Shown: piece after piece, positions 18,628 to 27,909 of the stretch
Layout: every line of letters starts with the position of its first letter
Numbering within the stretch: the first letter of the stretch is position 1
Assembly (NCBI GenBank): GCA_023150835.1
Contig: JAKLKB010000061.1
Location: 1 to 35,254 of the forward strand
Source: Myxococcota bacterium
GTDB lineage: Bacteria > Myxococcota_C > UBA6777
DNA length: 35,254 nucleotides
Direction: 5' to 3'
The notes under the pieces: generated by a model
Told to the model about the DNA's origin: nothing
Seen by the model: only the letters and a program-made list of their open reading frames with translations
Databases searched by the model: none
Made by a program: the position numbers and the translations under genes

Positions 18628-19902
18628 ATGGAGTGGCGTTTGGATGAGGCGTGTGCGCATGAACAGGATCGCGCAGATGATCTAGGGCGATTGCGGGAGG
18701 CGTTTTGTTTTCCGTATGCGTCGGGGAAAGATGGTGAGACGCTGCTGTATTTTTGTGGGAATTCACTGGGGCTTCAGCCTGTGGGGGTTGCGTCTGCGAT
18801 CGAACAAGAGTTGCAAAAGTGGTCGTCGCAAGCGGTGGAGGGGCATTTTATGCCGCCAGAGCCGTGGTTTCGGTATCACGAGCTGTTGCGCGATGGGATG
18901 GCTTCGTTGGTGGGGGCGATGCCGCATGAAGTCGTGGTGATGAATAGTCTGACGGTGAATCTTCACTTGTTGATGATCTCGTTTTATCGGCCCACATCGG
19001 CGCGTTACAAGATCGTGATCGAAGAGGGAGCGTTCCCTTCGGATCGTTATGCGGTGGGAAGTCAAGCGCGTCTGCATGGTTATGCGCCCGAGGAGGCGGT
19101 GTTGCGGTGGTCGCCGAGGGCAGGCGAAGATCTCTTGCGCATCGAAGATCTCGCGGATATCTTGGACAAACAAGGCGATCAGATCGCGCTGTTGATGCTG
19201 GGGGGTGTGCATTTTTATACGGGCCAATGGCTTGCGATGCGTGAGATCGTCAAGATGGGGCATGCAGCGGGTTGTCTTGTGGGGTTTGATCTTGCCCATG
19301 CAGCGGGGAATGTGCCGTTGTCGCTACATGATTGGGATGTGGACTTTGCGGCGTGGTGTTCGTACAAGTACATCAACAGCGGGCCGGGGGGAGTCGCAGC
19401 GGCTTTTGTTCACGAAAAGCATACGCAAGATCCGAGTCTCTTGCGCCTTGCGGGATGGTGGGGAAATGATCCTGACAAGCGTTTTGCGATGGAAGAGTCG
19501 TTTGTGCCGGTGGCTTCGGCAGATGCGTGGCAATTGAGCAATGCGCCGATCTTGTCGATGGCAGCGTTGCGTGCGTCTTTGGATGTTTTTGCGCAAGCCT
19601 CGATGGAAGCATTGCGCGACAAATCTGTCCGATTGACGGGGTATTTGGAGTTTTTGTTGGAGCAGATGCCTGCGTCTTCTTACACGCAGATCACGCCCAA
19701 AGATCCGAACCAACGGGGAGCGCAGCTTTCGATCCGCGTCCACACAGGAGCGCGGGATCTGCAACAGAAACTTCAAGAGGCAGGGGTGATCTGTGATGTG
19801 CGTCGCGATGTGATCCGTGTGGCACCGGCGCCCTTGTACAATCGCTTCCACGATGTTTGGCATATTGTTCAGATCCTGAGGGGGATTCTTCATGGCTCTT
19901 GA
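18628..19902 (+). CDS. kynU: Kynureninase
   Basis: YFCGNSLGLQP, MNSLTVNLHL, AFPSD.YA, FDLAHAAGN, PLP-Lys motif WCSYKYINSGPG, GWWG, and RVAPAPLYN. Confidence 0.97.
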   Translation: MEWRLDEACAHEQDRADDLGRLREAFCFPYASGKDGETLLYFCGNSLGLQPVGVASAIEQELQKWSSQAVEGHFMPPEPWFRYHELLRDGMASLVGAMPHEVVVMNSLTVNLHLLMISFYRPTSARYKIVIEEGAFPSDRYAVGSQARLHGYAPEEAVLRWSPRAGEDLLRIEDLADILDKQGDQIALLMLGGVHFYTGQWLAMREIVKMGHAAGCLVGFDLAHAAGNVPLSLHDWDVDFAAWCSYKYINSGPGGVAAAFVHEKHTQDPSLLRLAGWWGNDPDKRFAMEESFVPVASADAWQLSNAPILSMAALRASLDVFAQASMEALRDKSVRLTGYLEFLLEQMPASSYTQITPKDPNQRGAQLSIRVHTGARDLQQKLQEAGVICDVRRDVIRVAPAPLYNRFHDVWHIVQILRGILHGS

Positions 19903-19988
19903 GGGGCATGGGGCGGGCTATCGAGGGTGGTTGGGACAGGAAGCGAGGGGAGCGGGTCGTGGTGGGTATGTGAAGGGCATGGGGTGGG

Positions 19989-21113
19989 CTATCGATGGCG
20001 GATGGGACAGGGCGATGGGCTCCAAGCATCGAGCGGGCTTGGGATGGATTGAAGGTCAAGCGGCAAGTGCCACGAGGCGTCGTGTTCCCAAGCGAGGTCT
20101 TGGGGGAGACAGAGGCGGCGGACTTTTTCGATGGGATGGCCTTCTTCGACGAGATGCTCTACAAAACTGGCGCGCAGATTGGAGCAAGAGATAGATTCGT
20201 TGAGTCCGATGGCGCGGGCCGCACGTTGAAGGCTCTTTTGAAGGGTGCTTTCGTGCATATGATCTTGGCATTCAGGGCGTTCAGCCCGAAACAGCGGGCT
20301 ATTAAGCGACATAAAAACGTATCTCCAACTCCAAGCGTTGGCTTCTGAGCCGTTGCCTCGGCGCAGATAGACGGGGAGTCGGACGGCAGCAACACCATGT
20401 TTCAATTCTTCTTGGTAACGCCAGCGTGCGTGTTGGAGGTGGCGGATCAGCGGCTCGTAGAGATTGCGCGCCATGCGAACGGCACGCGAAGGTTTTCCTC
20501 GGGCATCGCGGATCAAGACGGTGGCATGGGTGAAATCGAGATCACGGACACGCAAGCGCAACACCTCAAACAGGCGCATCCCGCCGTTGTACATCAACAT
20601 CGCGGCAAGTCGGTTGTTTTCGTCCATGACTTGAAACATCGCGGAAAGCTCTTCGCGGGAAAGCGGACGTGTGCGCAAGCTATCGGGGGCGAGTCGCGGT
20701 TGGTTCGGATGGGAGCGGGTGGGCTTGGGAAAGCAAAGGCGTTGTAAAAAGCTGAGGGCAGCGCGGGCTTGAGCGATGCTGCTTGGAGAGCGTAGATCTT
20801 GTTGGAGTTTTTGCAAAAACAGGTCGCAAAGGGATTGAAAACCGGCGGGTTGGTCGGCAGAGGCAGGAGCGATCAACCGTTGTTTTTGCAAGGCGTCCCA
20901 AAAGCGCACGCACCAATGATGATAGGTGAGTAAGGTTCGCTCGCTGTAATCTCCCGCATGACGGGCATGTTTGAGGCAGAGCAAAAAGCTGTCTTTGGTG
21001 GTGTGTCTGAGCAAAAGTGCGGGGAGAGCAGGAGATTTGTGTTCGGGTGAGGGGAAACGAGAGGAAGAAAACGGTCTGTGTGGGGTATTGGTTGCGCCGA
21101 GTTGCATGGTCAT
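19989..21113 (-). CDS. Integron-integrase (IntI)-like tyrosine recombinase homolog, predicted catalytically inactive
   Basis: YSERT..TY.HW..RF, SPSS..QA.AAL.FL, LMYNGGMRLFEVLRLRVRDLDF, integron-specific insertion VRLP.YL.R.......W.WRYVF, HMHESTLQK, and terminal SPLD. GGAGG RBS before ATG 21113. Catalytic H/H/Y replaced. Confidence 0.88.
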   Translation of the reverse strand: MTMQLGATNTPHRPFSSSRFPSPEHKSPALPALLLRHTTKDSFLLCLKHARHAGDYSERTLLTYHHWCVRFWDALQKQRLIAPASADQPAGFQSLCDLFLQKLQQDLRSPSSIAQARAALSFLQRLCFPKPTRSHPNQPRLAPDSLRTRPLSREELSAMFQVMDENNRLAAMLMYNGGMRLFEVLRLRVRDLDFTHATVLIRDARGKPSRAVRMARNLYEPLIRHLQHARWRYQEELKHGVAAVRLPVYLRRGNGSEANAWSWRYVFMSLNSPLFRAERPECQDHMHESTLQKSLQRAARAIGLNESISCSNLRASFVEHLVEEGHPIEKVRRLCLPQDLAWEHDASWHLPLDLQSIPSPLDAWSPSPCPIRHR

Positions 21114-21424
21114 GGTGGCCTCCGAAACGATGGGGTGTGGATGGTTGCGCGAGCGATGCGTGGAGAAGCGAAAGCATCGAGCGCTTTTGTCTGCAAAGAG
21201 GCCCATGACAAGGGATGTTCCAACAGGAGATCAAGAAGTGCCTTCTCTTTATGTGTCGAGGTGTTGCGTGGTTTGGAAGGAGCAAGCAAAGCAAGCGAGA
21301 GCAGGGGATTGTCCAAAAAATGGCCGAGGGAGTGTTCGGGATGTGTGCATCGCCGAAGGGGCGCACAACGTTGCAAAGAGACAGATCGCCAAGAGGGAGG
21401 TTTGTGAAGAAAGGAAGTCGAGTA

Positions 21425-24400
21425 TCAGGGAAGGACGGGGAGATTGTCGATGGCTTTCCGAAGGAGTTCTTGGTTTTTGTGTGAAAAGCCGACAAGGTAG
21501 GAGATGATCTTTCCGTTGTGGAAGAGGACAAAGGTGGGTGTGGCGTTGATACGCAGTTTGGTGAAAAAGTCGCGTTGTGTGTCGACGGTGTTGTAAAAGG
21601 GCATGCTTTCGGGGTTTTGTGCGAGCCATGTGATGACGACGCGGGAGGTTTCGTTGCTGACGGTGAGGATGCGGAGGTTGCGGTTGGTGTAGGTTTTTTG
21701 GAAGGCGCGCAGGGCGGGGAGTGCGGCTTTACAGGGGCCGCACCATGTGGCCCAGAAGAAGGCGATCACCGTGCCTTTTTTGAGGTCGGGGAGAGGCTTG
21801 TTGAGATCGACAGAGAGCAGGGAACGGGTGTCAGGGGCGGCACGTCCGACGAGACTTTGTCGTTTCATTGAGGGCGGGTGGGTGAGGCGAAGGAAACGGA
21901 TATTGAGTTCAAGGAGTTTGCCATAACGAAAGACCAAGATCGGGATATCTTGGTCGGGTGGGCTGACCATGACACGCTCGCGGATCTCGAAGGGTTCGGT
22001 GAGTTCGTGTTTTCCGAGGGTGGTGATGATATCGCCTTCGCGGATGCCGGCGTGTGCTGCGGGTGTGTTGAGGTAGACTTCTTGGACACGGACAGCCCCA
22101 GAAGGAAGCAGCCAGCGTTCGGGGTTGGGGACGGGTTGGAAAGCGACGCCAAACCACGAAGGGAGGGGGATGTGCTCGCCTTCAAAGGAGAGGGGGCGGA
22201 GGTGTTCGGTGGTGGAGGTGTATTCTTCGCCGAGGGGGGTTTGTTCGCATTGGATAAGGTTGTGCAAGCCGCGCCGATAGCCGAGGTGATCGGGGTGTTG
22301 GCTGTGTTGGAGTAGGAGACGACCTGCGATGCGAAAGAGCAAGATCTCGATGCGTTGGAGGGCAGCGAGTTGAACTTTGCGTTGGAAGACAAAGTCGTGC
22401 ATCTCTTTTTCGCGCTGCTTGAGGAATCGCAGGCGCTCAAAAAGCATCGGGCGCATCTGAAGGTAGCGAAAGAAGGTTTGTTTGAGTTGGTTTGCGGTGT
22501 AGGCGTAGGTAGAAAAAGAGCGTTGGAAGCCTGTTTTTTTGGCGCGTCGTAGAAAGCGCAAGAAGTCAAGGCGGCGGAGCTGTTCGCCCGTACTGGGGGG
22601 GCCGACGGGAGGTTTTTGGAGATGGCGGAGCCGCTCGCGTAGTTGGCGGAGCCGTTCTTGGCGTGTGGCGGGAGTTTTGCGCGGCGTGGGATGGGTGGAA
22701 GGTGCGGACTTGGGGGCGTATCGCTGGCGCTGGCGCTCATATGCGCGAAGGCGCTGGAGGCGTTGATCAAGTTCGATGTAGCGTTGGATAAGTTGTTGCC
22801 GTCGTTGGTGGGCGGCGCGCTGTTGGGGAGAGAGCGGTTGTGGGCGAGAAGGGCGTTTGGATCGGGGTCGTCGGAGGAATTCGCTGAGAGCGCGATCGAC
22901 GCGTTGTTTGAAATCGGGTTGTTGTTTGAAGATGCCGTTGAGATGGTGATCGCGGGCAGTTTGGAAGACATTGGCCCACATACGTTCGACGCGCTCCCAC
23001 CAAGCGAGCTTTTTGCGCAGTTCGGCGCGTTGTTGTTGGAGGGCGGCGAAGTTGAGCGGGCTTTGGAGTCCGAAGCGACGGGCGATATCTCCGATCAGTT
23101 TGCGATCTTCTTGGATGCCGTCATACCCGAGCGAGGCGTATTGTTGGAGCAGTTGATCGCCGAGTTTGTACATCGAGATCTCGTCGGCTTGTGCGTCGGC
23201 TTGGAGCATGGCGTAGAGGTAAGCGTCAGAACTGCGGTGTGGGACGTCGGGGGTGCGGTCGGTCAGAAGGACTTGACGGTGAGCCTGATCGAGATCTTTG
23301 GCGGCACGCATCGCCAAGATAAAACGATACGCATGACCGACGTGTTTTTTGAGCTGGGTTTCGGGGAAACAGCCGTAAGCGTATTGGCTTGGGAGGGTGG
23401 CGTAGAAGCCGCAGCGGTCGCCTGTGGGGATGCCGAATACTCCGGGCTTTCGGAAGATGCTCCATGCAAAAGAACCCGAGAAACATTGCGACATCACCGA
23501 GACGATACGGCGTTGCCCAAAGGGCCGAAGCTGTTTGTGGAGTTGGCGAACGCTGAGCGACTCTTTCCAAAGAGAGATGGAGTTGTTGGTGAGTTTGGGG
23601 TCTTTGGAGTTGCGAGTGCCGTGATCGGTGACGAAAAGCAAGAGCGGACGGGGATCGTTGGGGTGTTTCTTTGCGAGTCGAGGCAGTTGTTTTTGGAGGG
23701 AGGCTTGGGTTGCAGGAAGCAACGTTGTATTCGGAAGATCAGTGTTGATCAGCTTGGGGCGTTGGACAAAGAGACGAGACTCACGACGCCCGTCAAACAG
23801 CCAACCTTGCGGATCTTGGCGCTTGTGGAGGATGGCTTGATCAGGTTTGGGATCTTGGCCGTCTGCGGAAAAGATGCTGATCTGCTCGGATGATAGGCCG
23901 CGTTCTTGAAGAACCATCCGCATCATCCGAAGATAGAGGACGTGGGAGTAATAATTGATATCGGGGGAGCCTCCACCGTTGAGCAGGATGGCATGCGCAA
24001 AAGGCCCGTGGCTGTGGCTCTTGTCTTGGGTGGGAGCAGGAGCGGAGGCGGATATCTTCGGATGGGCTTGGGGCTGTTTTGCGATCCGTGCGGAAGATTG
24101 GGCTGTTTGGGGTTGTTTTGTGATCCGTGCGGAAGATTGGGCTGTTTGGGGTTGTTTTGTGATCCGTGCGGAAGATTGGGCCGTTTGAGTCGATTGAGAG
24201 GTGGGAGATGTGCGTGCGGTGGGGCGGGAGGTGGGGAGAAGTCGTGCGATGGGGCGGGAGGTGGGGAGAAGTCGTGCGATGGGGCGGGAAGTGGGGAGAA
24301 GTCGTGCGTGGGGCATGTTTGGGGTGGGAGAGAGAGGTCGAGAAGTCGGGAGAGATTGGGCGAAGGCAGGAGAAGTGGGGAGGAAAAGCAGAATGGCGAG

Positions 24401-24439
24401 CCAAGGGGCGTACCGCAAAGGGCGAAGGAGGCTTGGCAT
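21425..24439 (-). CDS. Secreted multidomain protein: clan CD (C13 legumain/caspase-like) cysteine peptidase, helical region, PDZ, and TlpA-like thioredoxin
   Basis: Signal peptide ending PAFA. LLLFVTDHG and SVMSQCFSG His/Cys dyad. PDZ WFGV...VQEV...TPAAHAGIREGDII. FWATWCGPC and TPT. GGAG RBS. Confidence 0.8.
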   Translation of the reverse strand: MPSLLRPLRYAPWLAILLFLPTSPAFAQSLPTSRPLSPTPNMPHARLLPTSRPIARLLPTSRPIARLLPTSRPTARTSPTSQSTQTAQSSARITKQPQTAQSSARITKQPQTAQSSARIAKQPQAHPKISASAPAPTQDKSHSHGPFAHAILLNGGGSPDINYYSHVLYLRMMRMVLQERGLSSEQISIFSADGQDPKPDQAILHKRQDPQGWLFDGRRESRLFVQRPKLINTDLPNTTLLPATQASLQKQLPRLAKKHPNDPRPLLLFVTDHGTRNSKDPKLTNNSISLWKESLSVRQLHKQLRPFGQRRIVSVMSQCFSGSFAWSIFRKPGVFGIPTGDRCGFYATLPSQYAYGCFPETQLKKHVGHAYRFILAMRAAKDLDQAHRQVLLTDRTPDVPHRSSDAYLYAMLQADAQADEISMYKLGDQLLQQYASLGYDGIQEDRKLIGDIARRFGLQSPLNFAALQQQRAELRKKLAWWERVERMWANVFQTARDHHLNGIFKQQPDFKQRVDRALSEFLRRPRSKRPSRPQPLSPQQRAAHQRRQQLIQRYIELDQRLQRLRAYERQRQRYAPKSAPSTHPTPRKTPATRQERLRQLRERLRHLQKPPVGPPSTGEQLRRLDFLRFLRRAKKTGFQRSFSTYAYTANQLKQTFFRYLQMRPMLFERLRFLKQREKEMHDFVFQRKVQLAALQRIEILLFRIAGRLLLQHSQHPDHLGYRRGLHNLIQCEQTPLGEEYTSTTEHLRPLSFEGEHIPLPSWFGVAFQPVPNPERWLLPSGAVRVQEVYLNTPAAHAGIREGDIITTLGKHELTEPFEIRERVMVSPPDQDIPILVFRYGKLLELNIRFLRLTHPPSMKRQSLVGRAAPDTRSLLSVDLNKPLPDLKKGTVIAFFWATWCGPCKAALPALRAFQKTYTNRNLRILTVSNETSRVVITWLAQNPESMPFYNTVDTQRDFFTKLRINATPTFVLFHNGKIISYLVGFSHKNQELLRKAIDNLPVLP
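24068..24308. repeat. Two in-frame tandem repeats: 39 bp x3 (24068-24184) and 30 bp x3 (24213-24308)
   Basis: They encode TAQSSARITKQPQ x3 and ARLLPTSRPI x3 in the peptidase N-terminal linker. Confidence 0.9.
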
Positions 24440-24515
24440 AAGAAAAACTCCGAAGTGAAGGCACGCCATCGGAGCGTTTCTCCAAGGCATGCTTGGGGGG
24501 GTTGAACGGATGGCG

Positions 24516-25274
24516 TCAGGCGGTGTGTTTGTGTTCGAGGGTGTGGTGTGAGGATTGTTTTCCACGAGCATTCCAGTCGAGGATCAGGAAAAAGACGATC
24601 ATCAAGATAAAGGCCGCAGCAGCGATGGGAAGCCAAAAGATATCTTGGTGGGGAGGGATGGCAAGGATGCGCTCACCAAAGCGCTTGACGTAGGCATCCA
24701 AGATCTGCTTGTCGGTATGGCCTGCGACGATGCGCTTTTTGAGGTCCAGTTTGATCTGATCGGAGGCAGGGCTGGGGTGCATGGAGACGGGTTGTACCCA
24801 ACAGCAAGGAGCGATGATCAACGTGAGCAGGTGCTGATAACGCCGAAGTTGGGCAGCATTGAGGGTGGGCGCATCTTCGGCCTTTTTGGGGGCGGAAGAG
24901 GCTGTCAGCGAGTCTGGGTTGTGGCTGGGGGGGGGCGCGTTGGTGGGCACCGAAGGAACGGGGCTTTGTGTGGATGGCGTGTTGTTTTGTGTCGAAGGTT
25001 CGGTTTTTTGTGCGGATGATGGGTTGCTTTGTGCCGAAGGTTCGGTTTTTTGTGCGGATGAAGTGTTGTTTTGTGCGGAAGGAGCGGCAGAAGATGATGC
25101 TGTGGTGGAGGGGAGAGGGATGGGTTGGAGGCGTGACCATCGCGGTGCGGGTGGCTTGCGTGGTGCGGGTGTGGTGGTGGTCGGTGGTGCTGCGTGAAGT
25201 GTGTGGGCAGCGCAAAGCAAGGCCACCGCGAGGAGGGGTTGAAGAGATCGTTGCAATGTCGGGAGTGCGGGCAT
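24516..25274 (-). CDS. ccmH: Cytochrome c-type biogenesis protein CcmH/CycL-like (APCC variant)
   Basis: IIAPCCW.Q.V..H.S.AS..IK......G.TDKQILD.YV.RFGERILA.P followed by a TM helix. Signal peptide and a 42-bp-repeat S/T/P linker. AGGAG RBS. Confidence 0.8.
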   Translation of the reverse strand: MPALPTLQRSLQPLLAVALLCAAHTLHAAPPTTTTPAPRKPPAPRWSRLQPIPLPSTTASSSAAPSAQNNTSSAQKTEPSAQSNPSSAQKTEPSTQNNTPSTQSPVPSVPTNAPPPSHNPDSLTASSAPKKAEDAPTLNAAQLRRYQHLLTLIIAPCCWVQPVSMHPSPASDQIKLDLKKRIVAGHTDKQILDAYVKRFGERILAIPPHQDIFWLPIAAAAFILMIVFFLILDWNARGKQSSHHTLEHKHTA

Positions 25275-25318
25275 TGTGGGGTCTCCTATCCGCAGAGATC
25301 GAACGGATGCGGGTGCGT

Positions 25319-26245
25319 TCAATGAGGTCGGCTGGTTGGTGCGTTGGGGGCGCGTTGTAGAGCAGGAGCGGGTCTTGGTGTGGGGTCGTGTTGCAGGGCG
25401 GGTGCGATCTGGGGTTGGTTTGGCGCGTGTTGCAGCGTGGGTGCGGAGGGACGAGAAGCAGAACCGTGTTGCAGCGTGGGTGCGGAGGGGCGAGAAGCAG
25501 AACCGTGTTGCAGCGTGGGTGCGGAGGGACGAGAAGCAGACATGGGTTGTGTGGCGTGTAAGGGCGGTGGTGTGGGCTGTTTGGGAGCGGGGGAAGAGGT
25601 GGGAGGGTGTTTTTTCGACTTGAGTTTTTGGATGAGTTGGCGGAGGGCGTTGTCGGAGAGACCGCCCGTTGCGTAATGAGCGACGCGGGCATCGGGTCCG
25701 ATCACGACGAGGCTAGGGAGGACACGGATCTTGAATTGCGCGGAAGCGCGGGGTCCGATGTGATGGTAGGCCCATTCGTTTTGGGGGATCTTGTATTTGG
25801 TGAGGAAGGTTTGAAGTTCGCTGGTGGGCATTTGGAGATCGGTGCTGACGAGAAGGGATTGGATGCCTTGTTCTTGGAGAAGTTTGGCGCGTTTGGAGGC
25901 GCTTGCAAGGCCACGGATGCAGGTGGGACACCATGTGGCCCAAAAGTGCAGGACAGTGATCTTGCCTTGGAGAGTGGGCTTCCATTTTTTGGCTTTGTGG
26001 ACATCGATGAGGACAAAGCGTGGGGCTTGAGCGCCTTTGGGGATGGAGGGTTTGGGTTGGTTGAACATCCGAAATGCGACAAGGGCGAGTAGAACAAGGA
26101 TCAAGAAGTTGAGCATGGAGCCGGCAGGATCGCGGCGTTGTGGTCCTTGTGACGAAGAAGTCCCGTTGCGGCTGTGTTTGCGCGAGGCGCGTGGGGAGGC
26201 ATCGGGTTCATCGTGAGGCAAGGGGCGAGCTTGTTTGGGTGACAT
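25319..26245 (-). CDS. TlpA/CcmG-family membrane-anchored disulfide reductase
   Basis: TM anchor, G.QAP.F.L, GKITVLHFWATWCPTC, and VLPSLVVIGPD. C-terminal tail with 39-bp x3 repeat (25426-25540). Confidence 0.88.
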   Translation of the reverse strand: MSPKQARPLPHDEPDASPRASRKHSRNGTSSSQGPQRRDPAGSMLNFLILVLLALVAFRMFNQPKPSIPKGAQAPRFVLIDVHKAKKWKPTLQGKITVLHFWATWCPTCIRGLASASKRAKLLQEQGIQSLLVSTDLQMPTSELQTFLTKYKIPQNEWAYHHIGPRASAQFKIRVLPSLVVIGPDARVAHYATGGLSDNALRQLIQKLKSKKHPPTSSPAPKQPTPPPLHATQPMSASRPSAPTLQHGSASRPSAPTLQHGSASRPSAPTLQHAPNQPQIAPALQHDPTPRPAPALQRAPNAPTSRPH

Positions 26246-26263
26246 GGTGGTCCTCTGTGTGGG

Positions 26264-27499
26264 TTATTCTTCGGAGCGGATGCCGTGTTTGCGTTCGACG
26301 GACTCGTAGAAGTCGATCATTTGGCGGACATACGCTCGTTTTTCGATATACGATTGAGGGAAAAAACTACGCTTAAACCCGTAGATGACGATATTGCGGA
26401 GTTGGTGAGGGGTGAGGTCAAAGTGTTCGGCGGCGAGTTGAACTTCGTTGCTGACGCTGGTGTTGGAGATGGTGCGGTTGTCGGTGCAAAGGGTCACGCT
26501 GAGTTTGGCGTCGAGCATTTTTCGGAAGTTGTGATCGGCGATGCTGGTGAGTTCGGGCATGGTTTGGAGATTGCTGGTCAAACAAACTTCGATGGTGATA
26601 CGGCGTTCGGCGATAAACTGGGCGAGTTGTTTGATGTAAAGTTCGCGGTCAAGGATGCGTTCATTTTGGATGCGGTCGGCGCTGAAGAGGTGGTAGCAAT
26701 GACCGATGCGATCAGCGTGGAGGGTGGTGATCGCTTGGAAGATGCTTTCAGGGCCGAAGGCTTCGCCTGCGTGGACGGTTTTGCTGAGGAAGTGGCGATG
26801 GACGTAGCGGTAGGCTTCGACGTGATCGTCGGCGGGGTATCCGTCTTCTTGTCCGGCGAGATCGAAGCCGACGATGGGGATGCCTTCATCGCGTTTGATC
26901 GCGACGATGGCTTCGGCGAGAGAGTTGGAGGCGAGGCTATAGAGGCGGGGGGTGGCGGTGTAGGTGTGGACATCATTAAAACGGCGGAAGTACTCGGAGA
27001 AGTTTCGTGTAAACATCCGCATGGCGCAAGTGATGATGCCGTATTCAAAGGGGGGTTCTTTGCCATCGCGGATATCGGGGAAGTTGTTGAATTCTTTTTT
27101 GGCTTTGGCGAGTCCAGCGTTCACATGGCGGAGGACTTGGGCCATATTGAGTCCGGGGCGGCTGTGGAGTTGGGGAGCGAAACGGACTTCGATGTAGCGG
27201 ACGCCTTCGGTAAAGTTATCGCAAGCGAGTTCATAGGCGCAACGTTCGAGGGCTTCGCCTGTTTGGAGCACAGCGACGGTGTATTGAAAGCCGCTCAAGT
27301 ATTCGCCGAGGTGGGCGTATCGGGCTTTGAAGACGGTTTCTTTGAGTCCGTCTTCGGTGTACGAAGGGAGGGGGACTTTTTGTTCTTGGGCGAGTTCGAT
27401 CAGGGTTTTGATGCGGATGGAACCGTCGAGATGGAGATGAAGATCCGTTTTGGGGATCTCGCGGATAAATTCGGGGGTAAGCTGGTTATTTTTGGTCAT
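26264..27499 (-). CDS. add: Adenosine deaminase family protein
   Basis: PKTDLHLHLDGS, YIEVRFAP, GFDLAGQE, TVHAGE, RIGH, EVCLTSN, and CTDN. Confidence 0.93.
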   Translation of the reverse strand: MTKNNQLTPEFIREIPKTDLHLHLDGSIRIKTLIELAQEQKVPLPSYTEDGLKETVFKARYAHLGEYLSGFQYTVAVLQTGEALERCAYELACDNFTEGVRYIEVRFAPQLHSRPGLNMAQVLRHVNAGLAKAKKEFNNFPDIRDGKEPPFEYGIITCAMRMFTRNFSEYFRRFNDVHTYTATPRLYSLASNSLAEAIVAIKRDEGIPIVGFDLAGQEDGYPADDHVEAYRYVHRHFLSKTVHAGEAFGPESIFQAITTLHADRIGHCYHLFSADRIQNERILDRELYIKQLAQFIAERRITIEVCLTSNLQTMPELTSIADHNFRKMLDAKLSVTLCTDNRTISNTSVSNEVQLAAEHFDLTPHQLRNIVIYGFKRSFFPQSYIEKRAYVRQMIDFYESVERKHGIRSEE

Positions 27500-27909
27500 C
27501 AAATATCCTCGTGTTGGGTTCGAGAGGGCGAAGATTCTGCCTGTTGGGGAGCGGGGTGCATTGTGCGCGATGACAAGCGAAGGCAGGCAGAACGAAGCGT
27601 GAGTGTTGCAGGGATAGCGTTCAAATTGACCGAAGCATCGGGTCTTTTCGGCTTTTGATCAAAGGCTTTGCCCGCGCCGTAGATTAAATTCGGTGTATTA
27701 TGGGGCGGGGGGGATCGAAGCGCAAGGCCATCAAAAAAGAACAGCGAGCAAGAGACAAGGGACGCGATCGAAAGACTTGACCTGTGGAGGGTTTTGCGAA
27801 AAGATGGCCGATAACGCAAATCAAAGGCTCCAAGAAGGCAGCCCAACGTGTCGAGCAAGCCGTCGGGTTGGGGTTCAAAGGCAGCACAACAGGAAGGGAA
27901 TGGATTACG

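Noticed and set aside
21114-21424. attI site, Pc promoter, LexA box or sigma54 promoter upstream of the IntI-like gene
   Set aside because: No GTTRRRY core with an inverted partner and no convincing LexA box seen by eye. The TGGC..TTGC spacing is wrong for sigma54.
26285-27658. 457-aa plus-strand ORF
   Set aside because: Antisense shadow of the well-supported adenosine deaminase gene, with no motifs.
27500-27909. Purine or c-di-GMP riboswitch upstream of add
   Set aside because: Only weak hairpins and no recognisable aptamer consensus. An Rfam scan would be needed to exclude it fully.
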